Shown one piece after another: positions 29,013 through 39,808 of a stretch of 64,000 nucleotides of DNA. The notes below the pieces were generated by a model. The model saw only the letters and a list, made by a program, of their open reading frames with translations. It had not been told where the DNA came from and made no database searches. Position numbers and translations under genes: made by a program. The DNA comes from a virus. The stretch covers positions 15,163 to 79,162 of IMG/VR virus record IMGVR_UViG_3300049846_001393. One strand, 5' to 3'. Position 1 is the first letter of the stretch, and each line of letters opens with the position of its first letter.

Positions 29013-29837
29013 TTAAAGAATTGTCCTAAAATTAAGGACGGTTTTTTCTGCGAGATGAAGTGCAGAAGGAGCATTGTCGTTATCTGAAGCAACTTCTTTT
29101 GCATTAGTTAGGCTAAGAATCTCAAACATTAGAGACTCCCACTTAGCTGGATCTAGGTGAGGAACACTACTAGCAACCTCATCATAAACTCGCTGTTTTT
29201 CCTCGTCAGACGCAACCTCATCAATAGAAGCGTTCTTCCAACCTGGACGATCAGGTGGAAGAATTAAACCACCTGCTAAGAAAGTCGGATTATTCAACTG
29301 ACGATAAGAAGCACGGCTCTTAATGTGGTCACAATAATTTTCTGACATTGGGCCGGCATAATCAAAAGTTTGCCCACAGCCCATTGGGCCAGCACAAGTT
29401 ACAGACTCAGAAACGCACTCCATTGACTGGTGAAGAGCGCCCATATCATAAGCCTTCTCAACCATTCCAAGCTCCTCTGGGAAGTAATACTTCCAGAAAA
29501 CTGAGGCTGTTTCGATATAAGCATTCATCTCCTGATCTTTAGGATAGATCATTTCCGAACCAACATATGCACCAACGATATAGTTCTGCCTATGACCCAT
29601 ATTCATTGGTGAATAGTCAATGCTTGGCTTGGAAACACGAAGATCTTCAAGAGACCAATACTGACCATTGCTATTAGCATTGTCAGCCTCAACATACTTG
29701 CCAATAATATATCTAAACATTGGGTTTGTCTTTATGACACTTGAAGCCCAATGGGAAGCCATATCACGATCATGATTAATAAGTTCAGCCGATGATGTGA
29801 AATAAAATGAGTTTGAGTTCTCTGTTAAAATCGTCAT
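29013..29837 (-). CDS. capsid maturation protease-like protein
   Basis: Between portal and scaffold; NSNG, MNMGH and SMEC motifs with a Cys-rich insertion. Confidence 0.65.
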   Translation of the reverse strand: MTILTENSNSFYFTSSAELINHDRDMASHWASSVIKTNPMFRYIIGKYVEADNANSNGQYWSLEDLRVSKPSIDYSPMNMGHRQNYIVGAYVGSEMIYPKDQEMNAYIETASVFWKYYFPEELGMVEKAYDMGALHQSMECVSESVTCAGPMGCGQTFDYAGPMSENYCDHIKSRASYRQLNNPTFLAGGLILPPDRPGWKNASIDEVASDEEKQRVYDEVASSVPHLDPAKWESLMFEILSLTNAKEVASDNDNAPSALHLAEKTVLNFRTIL

Positions 29838-29866
29838 AATTGTTGAACGTCCTTTAAAACTACAAA

Positions 29867-31519
29867 TCAACTAGGCTTTACAACTGGGGTTGTAAACGAT
29901 TCTGGATTAGTGCCACCAGTAGAACCACTACCATTTGGAGTGACAACACTACGTCCTTCTGGGTTTGCTGGGTTAACCGGATTTGGCGAAGAGAATGGAA
30001 CATTAACTGGTGAGAAAATCTCATCCATAGTCTCTGCCTCACGCTGGCGCTTAATTGCCTCATCTTGTTCAAGAATGTCAAGTTCAGCAAGAATTGTTTC
30101 ACGAGAAATATCGCCACGATCACGAAGCTGCTGCATGTAATTAGCAATATTTGGATCAAAGTCCAGAGCAATTCTTCTTGGATAGAAAGCCATCTTCGGC
30201 TCAGTCAAAAGCTGATCGTTCTTCATCCACATTGGGCGGAAAACGTTTCGCATGAACGAGTCACGAATATGGTCACGACGAGCCTCCATTGAAGAAGCAA
30301 TAACCTTTAGAAGCTTCATTGAATCATCGGTTGCAGTACCAGCAGCATAGTTGCCAGTTGATAGAATCTGATACATTCTTGCAGTAATACGTGAATCAAT
30401 ACCATTGTATCGCTCTGGAGCAAGAGTTTTATCAGTCTTTGGAGTAATGATTTCAATATTCAGACGATGGTCACCAACAATAATTGGAACACGAGAAGTT
30501 GTCTGAACCTGAGCACTTAATTGCTCCAACTCTTGCGGTCGGGCAGGATGGTCTTTGTCGCCTTTCTTAATCAAGATAATAGCATTAGTGCTTCCGAGGA
30601 TTGCTGAACGGTCCATCTCGCGAAGCTGCTGCTTGAGATCAAGAAGCTCGAACACCGACTCCATACGCACAGAAGCGAAACGCTGATAATGGGGGCGTGT
30701 TGATGTGATGCGCCAAACATTCTCTGGTCTTAGTAGATACATTCTGCTTTCTATCGCAGTCTGGCCAGTAAGCTCCATAAGATATCTAAGCTCATCTCTA
30801 CCAGCATCCCTAATAGCGGGATTAGTTGAATTCCAAGGCTCATATTTTCTTTCAATCAACTGATTTACAATCAGATCAGAAGTATTATAACCAGCAAGAG
30901 TATCAAACTCCTGCGACTCTGACTTATCAGCAAGATAAACCAATCTTTCCTGATTGAACATGAAGTTTCCAACAGGAATAACCTTCATAGGATCAAGATA
31001 GGTAATACCCTGAGGAACAAGAAGATCTTTATACTCCTTCTTCCTTCCCTTACCCTTAACCTTATAAGATTTTCTAGTATAAAGAACTGCGGGATAGCAC
31101 TGAGAAATAGTGAACAGCTCTCTCCATCCTTCACGAAGACGTTCTGGAAGATCGATCTCATCAACAATCTGATTCCAGATATTCTGCTCGTTCTCGTCAT
31201 CACATTCCATAGCAATGCGCTTGAAAGCTAACTGCTCAGTAGTCTCAACTACGTTAGAAACAGCATCATCTCTTTCAACTGCCTGCTGAGCAATCTGGAA
31301 CTTGTCAAAAATGCTAGAAGGATTCACATACCTATCACGATCAAAGATCGTCCTTCTACGAGAAGCGCCCTGAGAATTAACAGCCCAACGGCGAATAGCA
31401 GCAACCTCAGGATGGCTCATAATTTCACTCCTGATTTCAGGTGTCATAGATACACCATCTTCAGCAATAAAAGAAATACCAAACTCTGGATCAAACTCAA
31501 TTTCTGAACCTTCAGGCAT
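29867..31519 (-). CDS. portal protein
   Basis: 550 aa downstream of terminase; portal-like architecture. Confidence 0.75.
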   Translation of the reverse strand: MPEGSEIEFDPEFGISFIAEDGVSMTPEIRSEIMSHPEVAAIRRWAVNSQGASRRRTIFDRDRYVNPSSIFDKFQIAQQAVERDDAVSNVVETTEQLAFKRIAMECDDENEQNIWNQIVDEIDLPERLREGWRELFTISQCYPAVLYTRKSYKVKGKGRKKEYKDLLVPQGITYLDPMKVIPVGNFMFNQERLVYLADKSESQEFDTLAGYNTSDLIVNQLIERKYEPWNSTNPAIRDAGRDELRYLMELTGQTAIESRMYLLRPENVWRITSTRPHYQRFASVRMESVFELLDLKQQLREMDRSAILGSTNAIILIKKGDKDHPARPQELEQLSAQVQTTSRVPIIVGDHRLNIEIITPKTDKTLAPERYNGIDSRITARMYQILSTGNYAAGTATDDSMKLLKVIASSMEARRDHIRDSFMRNVFRPMWMKNDQLLTEPKMAFYPRRIALDFDPNIANYMQQLRDRGDISRETILAELDILEQDEAIKRQREAETMDEIFSPVNVPFSSPNPVNPANPEGRSVVTPNGSGSTGGTNPESFTTPVVKPS

Positions 31520-31521
31520 TT

Positions 31522-31824
31522 TTACCCCTTACTCATTTCCCACTCGGAAGTATTAATTGATGCTACTCTTGACCAAATTTTAAACTGAAAATCAGTCTCT
31601 TTCAGAAATGGAACAATCTCCTCAAACTTAAAATCATTTAAAAGACGATTCTTAGATGAACCTATCAGATTGTTCATATAAGTTGCTCTAGCTGAAAATC
31701 CAGAAAGTTTCTTAAGAATTCTTGAAGGATCATCCAAGTTTCCAAATTCACCCATTTCCCTCAAATAACCCAAAAGTTCCTCTCGCCAACCCTTAACTAC
31801 CTCTTCTGAAGAGTTTTTTTCCAT
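31522..31824 (-). CDS. hypothetical protein
   Basis: 100 aa with GGAGG RBS. Confidence 0.6.
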   Translation of the reverse strand: MEKNSSEEVVKGWREELLGYLREMGEFGNLDDPSRILKKLSGFSARATYMNNLIGSSKNRLLNDFKFEEIVPFLKETDFQFKIWSRVASINTSEWEMSKG

Positions 31825-32072
31825 TTTCTACCTCCATTTACGTCATTCAACCCGTTGAAATCAATTGCAGACTTTACAGCATCAGCAAGTGTTGGTGATC
31901 GCAAAATAAAACATTCGAACGGATATACCAGTTCTATATAGAAAGTATTTTTTATAGAACTATTTACAACAATGAACCAGTCAGAAAAGCATTCATCGCA
32001 TACCCAAAACTTTATAGAACCCTCTAATCCTCTAAGCTTTGGATAATCTGATCCGCACTGAATACAGGCGAT
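31797..32072 (-). CDS. small CxxC...CxxC zinc-finger-like protein, start uncertain
   Basis: CIQCG...CDEC fills the gap after terL; no nearby canonical start codon. Confidence 0.4.
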   Translation of the reverse strand: MACIQCGSDYPKLRGLEGSIKFWVCDECFSDWFIVVNSSIKNTFYIELVYPFECFILRSPTLADAVKSAIDFNGLNDVNGGRKWKKTLQKR

Positions 32073-32073
32073 G

Positions 32074-33696
32074 CTAGAGAAATAGCATTGGAGGTGGCTC
32101 CCACTGCCTGTCGTTGCTGTTGATGAAGTCTTCGATAACTTGCTGCTGGAACGCAAGAACTGCCATACGACACGCATCAAGTGTGTGAAAGTTTCCATTG
32201 CTAAAGATCCTTTTCCTACCATAAGAGTCCATAGCCGCCTTAGCAAAACTCCAAGTCTGCCCCTGAAACTCAGCAATAATAGACTTATCGTAAGGAAGTA
32301 TAAGCGTCTGTTCATCTACCATACCCCTAAGAATATCGGTACTCCACTCAAGAACATTCCTATGAATTGCAGCCTCTTTATAACCATCTGGAGAATTCTC
32401 ATCAATAGTAATTGAATCATCAAATTCTGCAATAATCTTTTCAGAAAAGTTATAGCCCTTGATTCTTGATGTTAGATTTTTAAGATTAGGATCTTCCCTA
32501 GTTGCTTTCTGAACATAATCAAACAAAGGCAAACCAGCTCCAGTTGAGTCCATTGCAAAAGCGACTGGCCTATAGAGATCAAGAAGATGAAGAATCGCAG
32601 CAGCCTGATCTGGAGCAGCAACCTTCTTTAGAAGAATTCTTGCAAGAAGTTTAAGACAAGTCTTACCTTTTCTAGTTTTGTTATCTTCAGCAAAGATTAC
32701 AATAGAACTAGGAGCAATAGTCCAACCAAGGTCCATGCCAATCCAAAAACGCTTATAAGATCTATGATTTCCTGGAAGATCTAGAAGAGGAATAATTGAA
32801 CCATACTCACGTACAGCAGCCTCATCAATCTCTAAAGATGTGTATTCAAATTCGTTATAATTGCTTCCAACATCAACATCAGTAGCAGCCATAAGACGGT
32901 AAAGTACAAAGATTGGTGAGTTCTGGTCACCGGGCAAACCAAGAATATTACGTCGATAATCAACAGAATCTACGTGACCACCATACTCTTGAATCTTTTG
33001 CTCACGCTCTTCTGTAGTCCAGTTTGGGCGAAACATTGCCGGTAAAGCATGAACTTTCCAACCACTATCTGGCTGACAACGCTCATCGAAACCACCACCA
33101 ACACCACGGGTTACCCCATGAGCACGCCAACGAGCACGGGGATTCTGGATCTTTACAGTCTCAATAATTTCTGCCCAAGCCTGTTCAGGGAAATCCGAAG
33201 CCTCGTCCTGTTCAAGCCAAAGAGGGTGAGTACCCTTCAAACCCTTACCATCACGCTGAGGAATACGGCCAATAATTCGACCTCCGTTGACAAAGTTAAT
33301 CATGAAAGGTCTGTGCTTAATGCCACCACGACCCTTAGCAATCATCTCTCTTGCAAGCCTATTGTTAGTATATAGAGATTCAATGTTGTCGGTAACAGCA
33401 TCAAGATGGATACCCTCTGGCGCTGTGATGACCATTTCTTCACCAGGGCAAACAAATGGGAAAGCGTAGGCCCTGAACTTGATTGACAACGATTTGCCAA
33501 CTGAACGACTGCCTCTGTCAATCTGCTTCTGATCTTTACATCTCCACCAGAACCACTGCACAGGCCAAGCCCTAAAAACGCTGTCATCCTGCGTTTCGTC
33601 AAGAAAAGAAAATTCTGCTAGATCAAGGCCAGACTCATCTTGAAGTATAGAAAATAGGTAGCATTCCTCTTCTGAGAGATTCTCATAAACACTCAT
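32074..33696 (-). CDS. terL: terminase large subunit
   Basis: Walker A SRSVGKS, Walker B EQDEA, nuclease GMDLG and HTLDA. Confidence 0.9.
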   Translation of the reverse strand: MSVYENLSEEECYLFSILQDESGLDLAEFSFLDETQDDSVFRAWPVQWFWWRCKDQKQIDRGSRSVGKSLSIKFRAYAFPFVCPGEEMVITAPEGIHLDAVTDNIESLYTNNRLAREMIAKGRGGIKHRPFMINFVNGGRIIGRIPQRDGKGLKGTHPLWLEQDEASDFPEQAWAEIIETVKIQNPRARWRAHGVTRGVGGGFDERCQPDSGWKVHALPAMFRPNWTTEEREQKIQEYGGHVDSVDYRRNILGLPGDQNSPIFVLYRLMAATDVDVGSNYNEFEYTSLEIDEAAVREYGSIIPLLDLPGNHRSYKRFWIGMDLGWTIAPSSIVIFAEDNKTRKGKTCLKLLARILLKKVAAPDQAAAILHLLDLYRPVAFAMDSTGAGLPLFDYVQKATREDPNLKNLTSRIKGYNFSEKIIAEFDDSITIDENSPDGYKEAAIHRNVLEWSTDILRGMVDEQTLILPYDKSIIAEFQGQTWSFAKAAMDSYGRKRIFSNGNFHTLDACRMAVLAFQQQVIEDFINSNDRQWEPPPMLFL

Positions 33697-34209
33697 CTAG
33701 CCACCAATCATTTTTTTATACCAAGAGGTTGCAGTCTCTGGATTCTTAATCAAAAGTGAATTAAAAGCATTTAAAACTATATAAATTCTATACTCAAGAA
33801 AATAAGATGGATGCTTGTTAAATGCAACAGCAATTTTTTCAATTACCTCTATAGAAGGAGAATCTTGTCCAGTTAAAAGTCTCTGTATATGAGACTTGCT
33901 TAAACCAGTCTTCACATTCAAAGAACGAACAGATCTTCCACCAGCCAAAACTTTAAAAGCCTTATCAAACTCTGCTGAAGAGTAGTCCCTGTCAAGTATC
34001 TTATTAAGTCTTTCTAAGCCATCTGTCTTAGTGAGACTCGGTCTCTTCCCAGGGGTAGAAACTTTTCGCTCAGACTTCAGAACATCGCCAAGCATCTTGA
34101 TGAATACATCGTCATGTTCTATTGCATCAGACCAATCGACGCCATCAATGCTTGGATACATTGACTTAATTTTTTCGTATCTCTTGTCCCAAGAAGTTTT
34201 CTTTGACAT
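33697..34209 (-). CDS. XRE-family HTH DNA-binding protein
   Basis: SVRSLNVKTGLSKSHIQRLLTGQDSPSIEVIEKIA. Confidence 0.75.
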   Translation of the reverse strand: MSKKTSWDKRYEKIKSMYPSIDGVDWSDAIEHDDVFIKMLGDVLKSERKVSTPGKRPSLTKTDGLERLNKILDRDYSSAEFDKAFKVLAGGRSVRSLNVKTGLSKSHIQRLLTGQDSPSIEVIEKIAVAFNKHPSYFLEYRIYIVLNAFNSLLIKNPETATSWYKKMIGG

Positions 34210-34862
34210 TATAGATCACGAATCCAAGTTGCTTGATTTTTTCTAAGTGCCTTATCAATTTCTTCAAACTCTTCAAATCTGCCCTTAAACCAATCAACTA
34301 GATTTTGCAGATTTGCACCAAACTCTTTTCTTTCAGAATCAGAAGAATTCTCATAAAGAGTTATCAGTGCTCTTGCTTCCATTAGCAATTCGATTGCTTT
34401 TGCAGCTTGCTCATTCCTTGAAATACCAAACTCTTTTGCCCTGATTCCAAGCATCTGAATATATTCAGCTATAGAATCGCCCTTATCCTTATCACGAGTT
34501 GACTTATCGATACCAAGATCCTTTTTAATTCCTCGGATCTCTCTTGAATATGTCTCAATAGACTTCTGAACTTCAGTTGGATTAATCTTACGACCATAAT
34601 AGTCTTCTTCTGCAAGAATCCATATACCCCAACGATAACACATAAGTTCCATAACAAGAATTCTGTCAAGCTCCAAAATATCTGAAACGTTTTTAAACTT
34701 GTTATCAGTCAAGTACCTCTTATGAACTTGATCATAGTAATCAGCTTCAGACTGATTCATTACTTTGATCGTAGCCCCAGATGGAGTAGTAACATCTACG
34801 CCAAGAACTAGACCCTCGTCATCATCATCAATTATCTGGCTAATATCGAAATCGTCAGTCAT
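34209..34862 (-). CDS. putative terminase small subunit
   Basis: Helical protein upstream of terL with LGIDKSTR motif. Confidence 0.45.
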   Translation of the reverse strand: MTDDFDISQIIDDDDEGLVLGVDVTTPSGATIKVMNQSEADYYDQVHKRYLTDNKFKNVSDILELDRILVMELMCYRWGIWILAEEDYYGRKINPTEVQKSIETYSREIRGIKKDLGIDKSTRDKDKGDSIAEYIQMLGIRAKEFGISRNEQAAKAIELLMEARALITLYENSSDSERKEFGANLQNLVDWFKGRFEEFEEIDKALRKNQATWIRDL

Positions 34863-34906
34863 GATACCTATCATTTACGAACTAAATGTCCCAGTATTTA
34901 GGGACA

Positions 34907-35878
34907 CTAAATCATATCATTCATGACCTGATCATAAACCCATGAATAAGTCTTCTCAAGGCCGGCCTTCAATGACTCACTCGGCTTCCACCCTAAAACC
35001 TCTTCAATCAAAGTGTTATCACTATTTCTACCTCGAACACCTTGAGGAGCTTCCAAATTGTAGACCCTCTGAAGATTGACGCCACCAATCTCCTCAACAA
35101 TCGAAACAAGCTGATTAATTGAAACAAGTTCGCTGCTTCCAAGATTTAAAGGATCGTGATAAGAGCGGCTCATCATTCTTGATATACCATCAAGACATTC
35201 ATCAACATAAAGGAAAGATCTGGTCTGATTGCCATCTCCCCAAATTTCAATAATTTTATCACCAGTAATTGCAGCAACTGCAACCTTTCGACAAATTGCT
35301 GCTGGAGCCTTTTCTCTCCCACCCTTGTAAGTGCCATATGGACCAAAGATATTATGGAATCTAGCAATAACTGTTTCTAGGCCAGTCTCTAACCTATAAA
35401 ACATAGCTATCTCTTCACCAAACAACTTCTCCATCCCATAGCCAGGCTCTGGATCTGCTGGCCAAGCATCTGTTTCTTTGAGAGAAACTTGCTCAATTTG
35501 CTGAATCTTGTCATTGTAAACACACGCAGATGAAGCATAGAAAAACTGCGAAACCTCGTTCAGTTCTGATGCTCTCAGCATATTGATGGTCACAAGAGCT
35601 GACTGCATACAGTCAACCCTATGAGTTGCAATGAAACCCATACCACCCATATCTGCTGCTAGATTATAGACAACATCTGCACCAATCGTCTTATCGCAAC
35701 AATTATCAAAATCTCTAAGATCGCAATCAGGTCTATTCTTAGCGTTACGATGAACCTGATACCACTCTTCAAGTGGCTTAATATCTACAGCGGTAACAGA
35801 ATTACCTTTTGCCAAAAGTTTTTTAACAAGATGACCACCGATGAAACCACCAGCACCAGCAACAACTACATTATTCAT
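34907..35878 (-). CDS. NAD-dependent sugar-nucleotide epimerase (GDP-mannose 3,5-epimerase-like)
   Basis: GAGGFIG, NLAADMGGMGFI, SSACVY, YGMEK, GGREKAPAAICRK, GVRGRNSDN. Confidence 0.9.
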   Translation of the reverse strand: MNNVVVAGAGGFIGGHLVKKLLAKGNSVTAVDIKPLEEWYQVHRNAKNRPDCDLRDFDNCCDKTIGADVVYNLAADMGGMGFIATHRVDCMQSALVTINMLRASELNEVSQFFYASSACVYNDKIQQIEQVSLKETDAWPADPEPGYGMEKLFGEEIAMFYRLETGLETVIARFHNIFGPYGTYKGGREKAPAAICRKVAVAAITGDKIIEIWGDGNQTRSFLYVDECLDGISRMMSRSYHDPLNLGSSELVSINQLVSIVEEIGGVNLQRVYNLEAPQGVRGRNSDNTLIEEVLGWKPSESLKAGLEKTYSWVYDQVMNDMI

Positions 35879-36390
35879 GATTTACTCGCAATAAAAAGAT
35901 CCATAGAACGATTAAGTTCAATATCAAAATTATATAATCTTGACAAATTGTGAATATCTGCCATAGACGGATATCCCTCTTCTGAGCCAAACAGTCTTAA
36001 ATCATCAACGATGACAATATGTGACTGATAAGACTTAAAAATAGTTATCAGTTCTCTTACTATAGGGGTTTCGGAAGGAGGCATAAGACCATCAGATCGA
36101 TTCACATTATGTGCATCAAGAAACCATACAGCAGGCTCATGGATATGAAACTCAAATAAATCAATCCAATCACTAGAATCACCATGAATTAATTTAATAT
36201 TATTAGTGTTCCAAAATCTTTCAATACAAGAACGATAAAGATCTTCCATAAATTCAATAGAAATTACCTGCTTAAAATTTTGAGAAGCCCAAAAAGTTGT
36301 CTCACCAACAGCAGTCCCAGTCTCAACAAAAACATCTCTACCATCTTTGACAGATAATACTATATCATAAAATTCTTCTGGATTATTCAT
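35875..36390 (-). CDS. SAM-dependent methyltransferase
   Basis: FVETGT, FLDAH, IVDD motifs. Confidence 0.75.
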   Translation of the reverse strand: MNNPEEFYDIVLSVKDGRDVFVETGTAVGETTFWASQNFKQVISIEFMEDLYRSCIERFWNTNNIKLIHGDSSDWIDLFEFHIHEPAVWFLDAHNVNRSDGLMPPSETPIVRELITIFKSYQSHIVIVDDLRLFGSEEGYPSMADIHNLSRLYNFDIELNRSMDLFIASKS

Positions 36391-37133
36391 AGCGGATCTT
36401 TCGCTTTCAAAGTTTTCAAAATGTAAGAATGAGTTCTATCAATCTCTGGAGATTGCTTTCTCCAATCTGAAACAGGGTTGACTGTGTTATATACATATAA
36501 AGGAATATCTATATATTTGTATCTTCCACCAGCAAGTTCAAGACAAGGAATCATTACAGCAGTATCACCAGCACACTTAAACCAAGAACCATCTGGCCAA
36601 GTAAAATCAGACTCATCTAAATTTTTGAAAAGCAAATACTTAACTGTTCTAAGATGATTAAAAAGAATCCCATGTTTATAAGCAGACTTTCTATAGGAGT
36701 TCGCCAAAACAACTTCTCTTGGATAAGGAGCTGGTTGAGGGCAGGTTTTTGAATATGGCTCTGTTACATAATTTCCATAAGTCATCAAGTAATTACCAGA
36801 ACTATAAACCGCTTCCAGCCTTTTTAGAACATTTCTATTTATAAGCCAATCGTCACCATCAACCCAAACAATAACATCATCATCTTCGGGCTCTAGCTTT
36901 GAGATTGCTTCTACTTGAGAATATAAAGCCCCTTTATTATTTTTATGAAGGATGCTTAACCAGCCATGCTCTTCACAAAAAGACCTTATAAAAGGCCACT
37001 GGTTTCTATCAGTAGAAGCATCATCAACAACACATACATTATAATTCGTATATGACTGATCAGCGATAGAAGCCAGCGTCTTAGGAAGCCAATCCATAGA
37101 ATTATAACTTGCTACAACTATCTGAAACTTCAT
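36387..37133 (-). CDS. GT2 glycosyltransferase
   Basis: VVDDASTD, VDGDD. Confidence 0.85.
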   Translation of the reverse strand: MKFQIVVASYNSMDWLPKTLASIADQSYTNYNVCVVDDASTDRNQWPFIRSFCEEHGWLSILHKNNKGALYSQVEAISKLEPEDDDVIVWVDGDDWLINRNVLKRLEAVYSSGNYLMTYGNYVTEPYSKTCPQPAPYPREVVLANSYRKSAYKHGILFNHLRTVKYLLFKNLDESDFTWPDGSWFKCAGDTAVMIPCLELAGGRYKYIDIPLYVYNTVNPVSDWRKQSPEIDRTHSYILKTLKAKDPL

Positions 37134-37774
37134 TAGTCAATTCTCTTTTTTCCATGAAAAATTCCGCCATAAATATGATTAGGATATTTATGTGGAATAA
37201 TTGTAACTTCAAAAAAGGCTCCAAGATATCTAACCCAATCACCCCATCTTGGATCTGGACCATGAAACTCTCCAGTAATTCTTTCAACTTTCATCAAAGA
37301 CTCTGGAGAAGCATTCAAAATAATATCTACCTCAGCGCCTTCAACATCAATCTTTAGAATATCGATAACTGAAAAAGATTCCGTAAGTTCATCAAAAGAA
37401 ATTGACTCTACAGCAATAGAGTTTTCCCCTGACTGCACAGCAGTTCCACCGCAATCAGCAACGATACTCACTCCATTAGAGTCAGACCAAACTGCCTTAT
37501 TTATCAAGTTGATATTAGAAATATGTCCACAGTTTTTTTCTAAGACAGAAAAGTTGTCTGGCTCAGGCTCAACAGAAGTAACAGAACAGTTAGGAAACTT
37601 TCTAACAATTCTCGAAGAGAACGCACCAATATTTGCACCAATATCTAAAACAATAGAAACATCATTCATAGTTTCAATTTCATAAACATCATGCAAAAAG
37701 ATTTCATTTAAAACAAATTCATCTGAAGTTTCTGGCCTATAATAAAGATCGCTTCTCTCATCAAGTTCTAACAT
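37133..37774 (-). CDS. FkbM-family methyltransferase
   Basis: LDIGANIG, LKIDVEGAE. Confidence 0.9.
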   Translation of the reverse strand: MLELDERSDLYYRPETSDEFVLNEIFLHDVYEIETMNDVSIVLDIGANIGAFSSRIVRKFPNCSVTSVEPEPDNFSVLEKNCGHISNINLINKAVWSDSNGVSIVADCGGTAVQSGENSIAVESISFDELTESFSVIDILKIDVEGAEVDIILNASPESLMKVERITGEFHGPDPRWGDWVRYLGAFFEVTIIPHKYPNHIYGGIFHGKKRID

Positions 37775-38360
37775 AAAAAGCATCTCCCCATCCAAACGGA
37801 GTCATTTCTGTAAGAACACGATCAAAATCTTTTAAGAAGTCATCCAGATCAGAAATCAAACAACAACCCTCATAGAGTTCATTCTCATTAACTTCTGTGT
37901 AAATGTAATCAACATTATCAAGCAAAGAACCCATACCCTTTAGTGCAAGAAGTTCTGCCCCCTGAATATCTAGGTTCAGAAAGTTGAACTCTTTTTCGAT
38001 TCCAAGGTTTTCAATCTTATACATAGTTACAGTTCTAGAAGAAACATATTCAACTTCTGGGTGAACCTCAGCGTGAGTTCCCAATTCAAGAATAGAACTT
38101 GACTGTCCATTATTGGCTTCGTGGAATGTAACCTCTTTACCAGTCTCGTCCCCGACGACAGCACAAATAACAGTATGAGAAGTTGGTACGATTTTTCTGA
38201 TCTTGTCAGCCCTTCTTGGATCTGCCTCAACCCAAACCACATCACTGACCTTATTGTGCTGGTAAATATCTACTTCTTCAGCAAGGTGACCTCCAACATG
38301 GAGAACGCCAGTGACTGGAGTATCAAAGAATCTTGACAAATCCTGCCAATCAATCAACAT
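37761..38360 (-). CDS. FkbM-family methyltransferase
   Basis: LHVGGH, LNLDIQGAEL, YIYTEV, WGDAFY. Confidence 0.88.
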   Translation of the reverse strand: MLIDWQDLSRFFDTPVTGVLHVGGHLAEEVDIYQHNKVSDVVWVEADPRRADKIRKIVPTSHTVICAVVGDETGKEVTFHEANNGQSSSILELGTHAEVHPEVEYVSSRTVTMYKIENLGIEKEFNFLNLDIQGAELLALKGMGSLLDNVDYIYTEVNENELYEGCCLISDLDDFLKDFDRVLTEMTPFGWGDAFYVRT

Positions 38361-39156
38361 TTTTTTCAGTCCAATCTGAAGGAATCATCCTTCTCCAAGG
38401 GATATGCCTAACTGCAGGATCTGTGCCAAACCAGCGGGATGGGTAGAAACCTTTTTTGCTTTCAGAAAGAAATGCTCCCCACCAAGAAAAAGTTGAGTTA
38501 GCAATTATGTGCTGCTTACACATAGCCATGCTGAATAGATCAAGATAGTCAGAGGGTTCGCCCAATCTATCCGCAACCTCAACTGGTCTTGGAGTTCCTT
38601 TAAAGAAAATAACTTTACCAGAATCAACTAGATTCGAAGTAAACTCATCTGTCTTATAATTAAATATTACTTGCTTTATTGAATCAGAAAAAACATAAAA
38701 TACTGTTTCTGGATCGGACGAAAGAGCATCCTGCATTGCAGATGAATAATATTGCATTGTTGGAATTGGAAAATGGTTTGGATGATTTAGATAATCTCCA
38801 AGACGATGATGAATAGAACAACCGTGAGACTTCATTGACTCAGCGTTGTCTCCAACATATTCAAGCGTATCATTGAGTGCCCTATCCGAAGGTTGGAAAA
38901 TTGACCAGATGTAAGAATTAATCTGCTGCCAATAGTGTAGTTCTTGGTAATACTCAAATCCACCATCAATAGAATCATCTGAAGCAGTTGCAAAAAGAGA
39001 ATCTGGAACTGAGAAGAACGGTCGATATTCCCAACTTGGAACAACAACACCATTACCACCGTTGCGATCAGCCTCTCCCAATGTCCAAGCAATCTGCCAC
39101 AACTGATTACCAAGTCTTCCAGCTAAACCAAGATTTTTGAAACTAAATTCTCTCAT
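38350..39156 (-). CDS. GT11 alpha-1,2-fucosyltransferase-like
   Basis: GRLGNQ, HHRLGDY, IANSTFSWWGA. Confidence 0.9.
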   Translation of the reverse strand: MREFSFKNLGLAGRLGNQLWQIAWTLGEADRNGGNGVVVPSWEYRPFFSVPDSLFATASDDSIDGGFEYYQELHYWQQINSYIWSIFQPSDRALNDTLEYVGDNAESMKSHGCSIHHRLGDYLNHPNHFPIPTMQYYSSAMQDALSSDPETVFYVFSDSIKQVIFNYKTDEFTSNLVDSGKVIFFKGTPRPVEVADRLGEPSDYLDLFSMAMCKQHIIANSTFSWWGAFLSESKKGFYPSRWFGTDPAVRHIPWRRMIPSDWTEKNVD

Positions 39157-39805
39157 CAGACCAACCATATCTTAATGCATAATCTTTATTAAAAAGATTC
39201 CTATTTCTTATCTCATCTGCAGTATTAAAATCTGAATCACCTCTGGGATGCCATAAGTGGCATACGTGCGATCCACATCTCAAATGCTTACCAATTGTAT
39301 TATCTAGTTTTAATCTGAAGGCTACGTCTTCCCAGCCCCAACCCCTAAATCTTTCATCATAAAAACCAGCATCATTATACATATCTCTAGTTAATACTAA
39401 CGCACCAGCCCAAGAAAGTATTTTAAAATCAAACTCTAAATTGTCTTCATCTTCACAAATTGACAAATCTTTTGATATAAATATTTTCTCAGTAAAGTCT
39501 TTTGTTAAATTATAATAATTCTGGTATGGTATTACCCAAGTGTTTTTATCTTTTACAAGCTGTATAGCATCGAGAATTGCGTCCATGCTCACCCAAGTAT
39601 CAGCATCAAGAATAACAAGAAACTCTCCTTTGGCCTGAAGGAAGGCGTTGTTGCGGGCTCTTGATCTGTTCATGGACTGCTCATAGTCGTAACCAACGAC
39701 TAACTCGCAATCATTAGATGATTTAACATAATCTTTGATTAGGTTAAAAGACTGCAGTCGATATTTATCTTTTGTGTCATTCCATGGAATTATAAAAGAA
39801 ATCAT
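39143..39805 (-). CDS. GT2/GT7-like glycosyltransferase
   Basis: DAD, YDERFRGWGWED, HLWH. Confidence 0.85.
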   Translation of the reverse strand: MISFIIPWNDTKDKYRLQSFNLIKDYVKSSNDCELVVGYDYEQSMNRSRARNNAFLQAKGEFLVILDADTWVSMDAILDAIQLVKDKNTWVIPYQNYYNLTKDFTEKIFISKDLSICEDEDNLEFDFKILSWAGALVLTRDMYNDAGFYDERFRGWGWEDVAFRLKLDNTIGKHLRCGSHVCHLWHPRGDSDFNTADEIRNRNLFNKDYALRYGWSDERI

Positions 39806-39808
39806 GTT

